Shown here: positions 1 through 12,200 of the stretch, piece after piece
Position numbering within the stretch: the stretch's first letter is position 1
Layout of the letters: each line of letters begins with the position of its first letter
Origin: the human T2T-CHM13v2.0 reference genome, Homo sapiens
Direction: 5' to 3' (one strand)
Length of the DNA stretch: 64,000 nucleotides
NCBI RefSeq assembly: GCF_009914755.1
Contig: NC_060939.1
The notes under the pieces: generated by a model
Told to the model about the DNA's origin: nothing
Database searches by the model: none
Seen by the model: only the letters and a program-made list of their open reading frames with translations
Translations under genes and position numbers: made by a program

Positions 1-67
1 TTGCATTCCATTCGATTACATTATATTCGAATAAGTTCCATTCAAGACCATTTCTTTTGAGTCCATT

Positions 68-1846
68 CTATTTGAGTCCATTCCCTTTGATTCCATAACA
101 TTTGAGTCCATTCAATTCCATTCCTTTCGTTTCCATTCCATTTGATGCCATTCCATTCAATTCTGTTCTACTCGACTCCAATACATTCAATTCCATTCCA
201 TCCGATTCCATTACATTCTTTTCATTTCTTATCCATTTCAAGCCATTCCACTCCATTCCATTCCACTCGTTTCCTTTCCATTCGAGTCCATTCCTCTCCA
301 GTCCATTCCGTTCAATCCATTCCATTCCAGTCCATTCCATTCGAGTCCGTTCCATTCCAGTCCATTCCATTCGAGTCAATTCCATTCCATTCGATGTCTT
401 TCCATAACGATCCATTCCATTCTATTCCTTTCGATTCCATTCCATTCTATTTCATTCCATTCGATTCCCTTCCATTGGACTCCTTTCCATTCGAGTGCAT
501 TCCATTCCGTTCCATTTCTTTCCGTTCTGTACGATTCCTACCGTTCGATTTCATTTTGTTCCAGTCCATTCCTTTCGCGTCCATTCCATTCCATTTCACT
601 CCATTCGATTCCATTCCACTCGATTCCACTTCGTTCCATTTCATTGCATTCCATTCTATTCAACTCTATTGCCTTCCATTCCATTCCATTCGATTACATT
701 CCATGCGATTCCATTCGAAATCGAATCAATTACATTGCAAACCATTACTATTGAGTCCGTTTTATTCCAGTCCACTGCATTCTGGTCCATTCCATTTGAT
801 TCCATTCCATTCTATTCCATTCCATACAGTTGCATTCCATTGGATTCCATGCTATATCTATAAATTCAATTCGAGACCATTGCTTTTGAGTCCATTCTAT
901 ATGATTCCATTCCATTCAAGTCCATTACATTTGGTTCAATTCCATTCCATTCCATTCCCTTTCATTCCATTCCATTTGATATCAATCCATTCGATTCCAT
1001 TCCATTCGAGCACATTCCATTCGAGTCCATTCCATTCGATGCCATTCCATTTGATTCTATTCCATTAGTCTCCATTCAATTCCATTAATCTCCATTCCAT
1101 TCCATTCTACTCCTACTGATTCAATTCCATTCTATTCCTTTCCATTCCATTTCATTCCATTCCATTCCATTTCATTCCATTCCATTCCATTCGTGTCCAT
1201 TCCACTCCAGTCCATTCCATTCGTGTCCATTCCATTCCAGTCCATTCCATTTGTGTCCACTGCATTCCATTCCACTCCATTCCATATTATTCCATTACAC
1301 TCCATTCCATTCTATTACTTTCATTTCCATTCAATTCCATTCCATTTGATTCCATTCCACTCGGTTTCATTCCATTTGAGTCCACTCCATTCCATTCCAT
1401 TAAATTCCATTCAGTTCCATTCCATTCCGTTCCATAACATTCCATTCCATTCGGTACCATTACATATTGTTCCATTCGATTCCATTCGAATCCATTCCAT
1501 TCCAGTCCATTCCATTCGATTCCATTCCATTCATTTCAATTCCATTCCATTCCATTCCATTCCATTCCACTTGATTCCTCTCCATTCCCTTCCACTGCAT
1601 TCCGTTCGATTCCATTCCATTGCATTGCATTCCATTCCATTGGATTGCATTCCATTCGATTCCATTCCATTCGAATCAATTACATAGCAATCCATTACAT
1701 TCGAGTCTATTCTATTCCGTTCCATTCGATTTCGTTCCAATCCATTCGATTCCATTCCATTCGATTCCATTCCATACTATTGCATTCCATTCGATTACAT
1801 TATATTCGAATAAGTTCCATTCAAGACCATTTCTTTTGAGTCCATT
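68..1846 (+). repeat. Representative monomer, A-type (1779 bp)
   Basis: Near-identical to U2 (1847-3625) and U4 (5424-7202). Markers: CCATTCCTTTCGCG, TTGCAAACC, CTCCTACTGATTCAA, CCATTAAATTCC, CCATAACATTCC before the KpnI site. Confidence 0.9.
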
Positions 1847-4800
1847 CTATTTGAGTCCATTCCCTTTGATTCCATAACATTTGAGTCCATTCAATTCCAT
1901 TCCTTTCGTTTCCATTCCATTTGATGCCATTCCATTCAATTCTGTTCTACTCGACTCCAATACATTCAATTCCATTCCATCCGATTCCATTACATTCTTT
2001 TCATTTCTTATCCATTTCAAGCCATTCCACTCCATTCCATTCCACTCGTTTCCTTTCCATTCGAGTCCATTCCTCTCCAGTCCATTCCGTTCAATCCATT
2101 CCATTCCAGTCCATTCCATTCGAGTCCGTTCCATTCCAGTCCATTCCATTCGAGTCAATTCCATTCCATTCGATGTCTTTCCATAACGATCCATTCCATT
2201 CTATTCCTTCCGATTCCATTCCATTCTATTTCATTCCATTCGATTCCCTTCCATTGGACTCCTTTCCATTCGAGTGCATTCCATTCCGTTCCATTTCTTT
2301 CCGTTCTCTACGATTCCTACCGTTCGATTTCATTTTGTTCCAGTCCATTCCTTTCGCGTCCATTCCATTCCATTTCACTCCATTCGATTCCATTCCACTC
2401 GATTCCACTTCGTTCCATTTCATTGCATTCCATTCTATTCAACTCTATTGCCTTCCATTCCATTCCATTCGATTACATTCCATGCGATTCCATTCGAAAT
2501 CGAATCAATTACATTGCAAACCATTACTATTGAGTCCGTTTTATTCCAGTCCACTGCATTCTGGTCCATTCCATTTGATTCCATTCCATTCTATTCCATT
2601 CCATACAGTTGCATTCCATTGGATTCCATGCTATATCTATAAATTCAATTCGAGACCATTGCTTTTGAGTCCATTCTATATGATTCCATTCCATTCAAGT
2701 CCATTACATTTGGTTCAATTCCATTCCATTCCATTCCCTTTCATTCCATTCCATTTGATATCAATCCATTCGATTCCATTCCATTCGAGCACATTCCATT
2801 CGAGTCCATTCCATTCGATGCCATTCCATTTGATTCTATTCCATTAGTCTCCATTCAATTCCATTAATCTCCATTCCATTCCATTCTACTCCTACTGATT
2901 CAATTCCATTCTATTCCTTTCCATTCCATTTCATTCCATTCCATTCCATTTCATTCCATTCCATTCCATTCGTGTCCATTCCACTCCAGTCCATTCCATT
3001 CGTGTCCATTCCATTCCAGTCCATTCCATTTGTGTCCACTGCATTCCATTCCACTCCATTCCATATTATTCCATTACACTCCATTCCATTCTATTACTTT
3101 CATTTCCATTCAATTCCATTCCATTTGATTCCATTCCACTCGGTTTCATTCCATTTGAGTCCACTCCATTCCATTCCATTAAATTCCATTCAGTTCCATT
3201 CCATTCCGTTCCATAACATTCCATTCCATTCGGTACCATTACATATTGTTCCATTCGATTCCATTCGAATCCATTCCATTCCAGTCCATTCCATTCGATT
3301 CCATTCCATTCATTTCAATTCCATTCCATTCCATTCCATTCCATTCCACTTGATTCCTCTCCATTCCCTTCCACTGCATTCCGTTCGATTCCATTCCATT
3401 GCATTGCATTCCATTCCATTGGATTGCATTCCATTCGATTCCATTCCATTCGAATCAATTACATAGCAATCCATTACATTCGAGTCTATTCTATTCCGTT
3501 CCATTCGATTTCGTTCCAATCCATTCGATTCCATTCCATTCGATTCCATTCCATACTATTGCATTCCATTCGATTACATTATATTCGAATAAGTTCCATT
3601 CAAGACCATTTCTTTTGAGTCCATTCTATTTGAGTCCATTCCCTTTGATTCCATAACATTTGAGTCCATTCAATTCCATTCCTTTCGTTTCCATTCCATT
3701 TGATGCCATTCCATTCAATTCTGTTCTACTCGACTCCAATACATTCAATTCCATTCCATCCGATTCCATTACATTCTTTTCATTTCTTATCCATTTCAAG
3801 CCATTCCACTCCATTCCATTCCACTCGTTTCCTTTCCATTCGAGTCCATTCCTCTCCAGTCCATTCCGTTCAATCCATTCCATTCCAGTCCATTCCATTC
3901 GAGTCCGTTCCATTCCAGTCCATTCCATTCGAGTCAATTCCATCCCATTCGATGTCTTTCCATAACGATCCATTCCACTCTATTCCTTTCGATTCCATTC
4001 CATTCTATTTCATTCCATTCGATTCCCTTCCATTGGACTCCTTTCCATTCGAGTGCATTCCATTCCGTTCCATTTCTTTCCGTTCTGTACGATTCCTACC
4101 GTTCGATTTCATTTTCTTCCAGTCCATTCTTTCGCGTCCATGCCATTCCATTTCACTCCATTCGATTCCATTCCACTCGATTCCACTCCGTTCCATTTCA
4201 TTGCATTCCATTCTATTCAACTCTATTGCCTTCCATTCCATTCCATTCGATTACATTCCATGCGATTCCATTCGAAATCGAATCAATTACATTGCAATCC
4301 ATTACTATTGAGTCCGTTTTATTCCAGTCCACTGCATTCTGGTCCATTCCATTTGATTCCATTCCATTCTATTCCATTCCATACAGTTGCATTCCATTGG
4401 ATTCCATGCTATATCTATAAATTCAATTCGAGACCATTGCTTTTGAGTCCATTCTATATGATTCCATTCCATTCAAGTCCATTACATTTGGTTAAATTCC
4501 ATTCCATTCGGTTCAATTCCATTCCATTCCATTCCCTTCCATTCCATTCCAGTTGATATCAATCCATTCGATTCCATTCCATTCGAGCACATTCCATTCG
4601 AATCCATTCCATTCGATGCCATTCCATTTGATTCTATTCCATTAGTCTCCATTCAATTCCATTAATCTCCATTCCATTCCATTCTACTCCAACTGATTCC
4701 ATTCCATTCTATTCCTTTCCATTCCATTTCATTCCATTCCATTCCATTCCATTCCATTCGTGTCCATTCCACTCCAGTCCATTCCATTCGTATCCATTGC

Positions 4801-6299
4801 ATTCCAGTCCATTCCATTTGTGTCCACTGCATTCCATTCCACTCCATTCCATATTATTCCATTACACTCCATTCCATTCTATTACTTTCATTTCCATTCA
4901 ATTCCATTCCATTTGATTCCATTCCACTCGGTTTCATTCCATTTGAGTCCACTCCATTCCATTCCATTCCATTCAGTTCCATTCCATTCCGTTCCATTCC
5001 ATTCCGTTCCATTACATTCCATTCCATTCGGTACCATTCCATATTGTTCCATTCGATTCCATTCGAATCCATTCCATTCCAGTCCATTCCATTCGATTCC
5101 ATTCCATTCATTTCAATTCCATTCCATTCCATTCCATTACATTCCACTTGATTCCTCTCCATTCCCTTCCACTGCATTCCGTTCGATTCCATTCCATTGC
5201 ATTGCATTCCATTCCATTGGATTGCATTCCATTCGATTCCATTCCATTCGAATCAATTACATAGCAATCCATTACATTCGAGTCTATTCTCTTCCGTTCC
5301 ATTCGATTTCGTTCCAATCCATTCGATTCCATTCCATTCGATTCCATTCCATACTATTGCATTCCATTCTATTACATTATATTCGAATAAGTTCCATTCA
5401 AGACCATTTCTTTTGAGTCCATTCTATTTGAGTCCATTCCCTTTGATTCCATAACATTTGAGTCCATTCAATTCCATTCCTTTCGTTTCCATTCCATTTG
5501 ATGCCATTCCATTCAATTCTGTTCTACTCGACTCCAATACATTCAATTCCATTCCATCCGATTCCATTACATTCTTTTCATTTCTTATCCATTTCAAGCC
5601 ATTCCACTCCATTCCATTCCACTCGTTTCCTTTCCATTCGAGTCCATTCCTCTCCAGTCCATTCCGTTCAATCCATTCCATTCCAGTCCATTCCATTCGA
5701 GTCCGTTCCATTCCAGTCCATTCCATTCGAGTCAATTCCATTCCATTCGATGTCTTTCCATAACGATCCATTCCATTCTATTCCTTTCGATTCCATTCCA
5801 TTCTATTTCATTCCATTCGATTCCCTTCCATTGGACTCCTTTCCATTCGAGTGCATTCCATTCCGTTCCATTTCTTTCCGTTCTGTACGATTCCTACCGT
5901 TCGATTTCATTTTGTTCCAGTCCATTCCTTTCGCGTCCATTCCATTCCATTTCACTCCATTCGATTCCATTCCACTCGATTCCACTTCGTTCCATTTCAT
6001 TGCATTCCATTCTATTCAACTCTATTGCCTTCCATTCCATTCCATTCGATTACATTCCATGCGATTCCATTCGAAATCGAATCAATTACATTGCAAACCA
6101 TTACTATTGAGTCCGTTTTATTCCAGTCCACTGCATTCTGGTCCATTCCATTTGATTCCATTCCATTCTATTCCATTCCATACAGTTGCATTCCATTGGA
6201 TTCCATGCTATATCTATAAATTCAATTCGAGACCATTGCTTTTGAGTCCATTCTATATGATTCCATTCCATTCAAGTCCATTACATTTGGTTCAATTCC

Positions 6300-9200
6300 A
6301 TTCCATTCCATTCCCTTTCATTCCATTCCATTTGATATCAATCCATTCGATTCCATTCCATTCGAGCACATTCCATTCGAGTCCATTCCATTCGATGCCA
6401 TTCCATTTGATTCTATTCCATTAGTCTCCATTCAATTCCATTAATCTCCATTCCATTCCATTCTACTCCTACTGATTCAATTCCATTCTATTCCTTTCCA
6501 TTCCATTTCATTCCATTCCATTCCATTTCATTCCATTCCATTCCATTCGTGTCCATTCCACTCCAGTCCATTCCATTCGTGTCCATTCCATTCCAGTCCA
6601 TTCCATTTGTGTCCACTGCATTCCATTCCACTCCATTCCATATTATTCCATTACACTCCATTCCATTCTATTACTTTCATTTCCATTCAATTCCATTCCA
6701 TTTGATTCCATTCCACTCGGTTTCATTCCATTTGAGTCCACTCCATTCCATTCCATTAAATTCCATTCAGTTCCATTCCATTCCGTTCCATAACATTCCA
6801 TTCCATTCGGTACCATTACATATTGTTCCATTCGATTCCATTCGAATCCATTCCATTCCAGTCCATTCCATTCGATTCCATTCCATTCATTTCAATTCCA
6901 TTCCATTCCATTCCATTACATTCCACTTGATTCCTCTCCATTCCCTTCCACTGCATTCCGTTCGATTCCATTCCATTGCATTGCATTCCATTCCATTGGA
7001 TTGCATTCCATTCGATTCCATTCCATTCGAATCAATTACATAGCAATCCATTACATTCGAGTCTATTCTATTCCGTTCCATTCGATTTCGTTCCAATCCA
7101 TTCGATTCCATTCCATTCGATTCCATTCCATACTATTGCATTCCATTCGATTACATTATATTCGAATAAGTTCCATTCAAGACCATTTCTTTTGAGTCCA
7201 TTCTATTTGAGTCCATTCCCTTTGATTCCATAACATTTGAGTCCATTCAATTCCATTCCTTTCGTTTCCATTCCATTTGATGCCATTCCATTCAATTCTG
7301 TTCTACTCGACTCCAATACATTCAATTCCATTCCATCCGATTCCATTACATTCTTTTCATTTCTTATCCATTTCAAGCCATTCCACTCCATTCCATTCCA
7401 CTCGTTTCCTTTCCATTCGAGTCCATTCCTCTCCAGTCCATTCCGTTCAATCCATTCCATTCCAGTCCATTCCATTCGAGTCCGTTCCATTCCAGTCCAT
7501 TCCATTCGAGTCAATTCCATCCCATTCGATGTCTTTCCATAACGATCCATTCCACTCTATTCCTTTCGATTCCATTCCATTCTATTTCATTCCATTCGAT
7601 TCCCTTCCATTGGACTCCTTTCCATTCGAGTGCATTCCATTCCGTTCCATTTCTTTCCGTTCTGTACGATTCCTACCGTTCGATTTCATTTTGTTCCAGT
7701 CCATTCCTTTCGCGTCCATTCCATTCCATTTCACTCCATTCGATTCCATTCCCCTCGATTCCACTTCGTTCCATTTCATTGCATTCCATTCTATTCAACT
7801 CTATTGCCTTCCATTCCATTCCATTCGATTACATTCCATGCGATTCCATTCGAAATCGAATCAATTACATTGCAATCCATTACTATTGAGTCCATTTTAT
7901 TCCAGTCCACTGCATTCTGGTCCATTCCATTTGATTCCATTCCATTCTATTCCATTCCATACAGTTGCATTCCATTGAACTCCATTGTATATCTATAAAT
8001 TCAATTCGAGACCATTGCTTTTGAGTCCATTCTATATGATTCCATTCCATTCAAGTCCATTACATTTGGTTCAATTCCATTCCATTCCATTCCCTTCCAT
8101 TCCATTCCAGTTGATATCAATCCATTCGATTCCATTCCATTCGAGCACATTCCATTCGAGTCCATTCCATTCGATGCCATTCCATTTGATTCTATTCCAT
8201 TAGTCTCCATTCAATTCCATTAATCTCCATTCCATTCCATTCTACTCCAACTGATTCCATTCCATTCTATTCCTTTCCATTCCATTTCATTCCATTCCAT
8301 TCCATTTCATTCCATTCCATTCCATTCCATTCCATTCGCTTCCATTCCATTCGTGTCCATTGCATTCCAGTCCATTCCATTTGTGTCCACTGCATTCCAT
8401 TCCACTCCATTCCATATTATTCCATTACACTCCATTCCATTCTATTACTTTCATTTCCATTGAATTCCATTCCATTTGATTCCATTCCACTCGGTTTCAT
8501 TCCATTTGAGTCCACTCCACTCCATTCCATTCCATTCCATTCCATTCAGTTCCATTCCATTCTGTTCCATTCCATTCCGTTCCATTGCATTCCATTCCAT
8601 TCGGTACCATTCCATATTGTTCCATTCGATTCCATTCGAATCCATTCCATTCCAGTCCATTCCATTCCATTCCATTCCATTCCACTTGATTCCACTCCAT
8701 TCCCTTCCACTGCATTCCATTGCATTGCATTCCATTCCATTGGACTGCATTCCATTTGATTCCATTCCATTCGAATCAATTACATAGCAATCCATTACAT
8801 TCGAGTCTATTCTATTCCGTTCCATTCGATTTCGTTCCAATCCATTCGATTCCATTCCATTCGATTCCATTCCATACTATTGCATTCCATTCTATTACAT
8901 TATACTCGAATAAGTTCCATTCAAGACCATTTCTTTTGAGTCCATTCTATTTGAGTCCATTCCCTTTGATTCCATAACATTTGAGTCCATTCAATTCCAT
9001 TCCTTTCGTTTCCATTCCATTTGATGCCATTCCATTCAATTCTGTTCTACTCGACTCCAATACATTCAATTCCATTCCATCCGATTCCATTACATTCTTT
9101 TCATTTCTTATCCATTTCAAGCCATTCCACTCCATTCCATTCCACTCGTTTCCTTTCCATTCGAGTCCATTCCTCTCCAGTCCATTCCGTTCAATCCATT

Positions 9201-12200
9201 CCATTCCAGTCCATTCCATTCGAGTCCGTTCCATTCCAGTCCATTCCATTCGAGTCAATTCCATCCCATTCGATGTCTTTCCATAACGATCCATTCCATT
9301 CTATTCCTTTCGATTCCATTCCATTCTATTTCATTCCATTCGATTCCCTTCCATTGGACTCCTTTCCATTCGAGTGCATTCCATTCCGTTCCATTTCTTT
9401 CCGTTCTGTACGATTCCTACCGTTCGATTTCATTTTCTTCCAGTCCATTCTTTCGCGTCCATTCCATTCCATTTCACTCCATTCGATTCCATTCCACTCG
9501 ATTCCACTTCGTTCCATTTCATTGCATTCCATTCTATTCAACTCTATTGCCTTCCATTCCATTCCATTCGATTACATTCCATGCGATTCCATTCGAAATC
9601 GAATCAATTACATTGCAATCCATTACTATTGAGTCCGTTTTATTCCAGTCCACTGCATTCTGGTCCATTCCATTTGATTCCATTCCATTCTATTCCATTC
9701 CATACAGTTGCATTCCATTGGATTCCATGCTATATCTATAAATTCAATTCGAGACCATTGCTTTTGAGTCCATTCTATATGATTCCATTCCATTCAAGTC
9801 CATTACATTTGGTTAAATTCCATTCCATTCGGTTCAATTCCATTCCATTCCATTCCCTTCCATTCCATTCCAGTTGATATCAATCCATTCGATTCCATTC
9901 CATTCGAGCACATTCCATTCGAGTCCATTCCATTCGATGCCATTCCATTTGATTCTATTCCATTAGTCTCCATTCAATTCCATTAATCTCCATTCCATTC
10001 CATTCTACTCCAACTGATTCCATTCCATTCTATTCCTTTCCATTCCATTTCATTCCATTCCATTCCATTCCATTCCATTCCATTCCATTCCATTCGTGTC
10101 CATTCCACTCCAGTCCATTCCATTCGTATCCATTCCATTCCAGTCCATTCCATTTGTGTCCACTGCATTCCATTCCACTCCATTCCATATTATTCCATTA
10201 CACTCCATTCCATTCTATTACTTTCATTTCCATTCAATTCCATTCCATTTGATTCCATTCCACTCGGTTTCATTCCATTTGAGTCCACTCCATTCCATTC
10301 CATTCCATTCAGTTCCATTCCATTCTGTTCCATTCCATTCCGTTCCGTTACATTCCATTCCATTCGGTACCATTCCATATTGTTCCATTCGATTCCATTC
10401 GAATCCATTCCATTCCAGTCCATTCCATTCGATTCCATTCCATTCATTTCAATTCCATTCCATTCCATTCCATTATATTCCACTTGATTCCTCTCCATTC
10501 CCTTCCACTGCATTCCGTTCGATTCCATTCCATTGCATTGCATTCCATTCCATTGGATTGCATTCCATTCGATTCCATTCCATTCGAATCAATTACATAG
10601 CAATCCATTACATTCGAGTCTATTCTCTTCTGTTCCATTCGATTTCGTTCCAATCCATTCGATTCCATTCCATTCGATTCCATTCCATACTATTGCATTC
10701 CATTCGATTACATTATATTCGAATAAGTTCCATTCAAGACCATTTCTTTTGAGTCCATTCTATTTGAGTCCATTCCCTTTGATTCCATAACATTTGAGTC
10801 CATTCAATTCCATTCCTTTCGCTTCCATTCCATTTGATGCCATTCCATTCAATTCTGTTCTACTCGACTCCAATACATTCAATTCCATTCCATCCGATTC
10901 CATTACATTCTTTTCATTTCTTATCCATTTCAAGCCATTCCACTCCATTCCATTCCACTCGTTTCCTTTCCATTCGAGTCCATTCCTCTCCAGTCCATTC
11001 CGTTCAATCCATTCCATTCCAGTCCATTCCATTCGAGTCCGTTCCATTCCAGTCCATTCCATTCGAGTCAATTCCATTGCATTCGATGTCTTTCCATAAC
11101 GATCCATTCCATTCTATTCCTTTCGATTCCATTCCATTCTATTTCATTCCATTCGATTCCCTTCCATTGGACTCCTTTCCATTCGAGTGCATTCCATTCC
11201 GTTCCATTTCTTTCCGTTCTGTACGATTCCTACCGTTCGATTTCATTTTGTTCCAGTCCATTCTTTCGCGTCCATTCCATTCCATTTCACTCCATTCGAT
11301 TCGATTCCACTCGATTCCACTTCGTTCCATTTCATTGCATTCCATTCTATTCAACTCTATTGCCTTCCATTCCATTCCATTCCATTACATTCCATGCGAT
11401 TCCATTCGAAATCGAATCAATTACATTGCAATCCATTACTATTGAGTCCGTTTTATTCCAGTCCACTGCATTCTGGTCCATTCCATTTGATTCCATTCCA
11501 TTCTATTCCATTCCATACAGTTGCATTCCATTGGATTCCATGCTATATCTATAAATTCAATTCGAGACCATTGCTTTTGAGTCCATTCTATATGATTCCA
11601 TTCCATTCAAGTCCATTACATTTGGTTCAATTCCATTCCATTCCATTCCCTTTCATTCCATTCCATTTGATATCAATCCATTCGATTCCATTCCATTCGA
11701 GCACATTCCATTCGAGTCCATTCCATTCGATGCCATTCCATTTGATTCTATTCCATTAGTCTCCATTCAATTCCATTAATCTCCATTCCATTCCATTCTA
11801 CTCCTACTGATTCAATTCCATTCTATTCCTTTCCATTCCATTTCATTCCATTCCATTCCATTTCATTCCATTCCATTCCATTCGTGTCCATTCCACTCCA
11901 GTCCATTCCATTCGTGTCCATTCCATTCCAGTCCATTCCATTTGTGTCCACTGCATTCCATTCCACTCCATTCCATATTATTCCATTACACTCCATTCCA
12001 TTCTATTACTTTCATTTCCATTCAATTCCATTCCATTTGATTCCATTCCACTCGGTTTCATTCCATTTGAGTCCACTCCATTCCATTCCATTAAATTCCA
12101 TTCAGTTCCATTACATTCCGTTCCATAACATTCCATTCCATTCGGTACCATTACATATTGTTCCATTCGATTCCATTCGAATCCATTCCATTCCAGTCCA

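Noticed and set aside
68-415. 115-aa minus-strand ORF (MDRYGKTSNG...) intact in all 36 copies, apparently conserved
   Set aside because: It lies in a segment without segregating indels in a highly homogeneous array. Several observed variants are missense, and the overlapping opposite-strand ORF is equally intact. There is no evidence of coding selection; I used it only as a coordinate landmark.
722-735. GAATCAATTAC as a homeodomain/ONECUT/DUX-like site
   Set aside because: It is a short, partial motif match only and does not fit the full DUX4 consensus. It cannot be supported from sequence alone.
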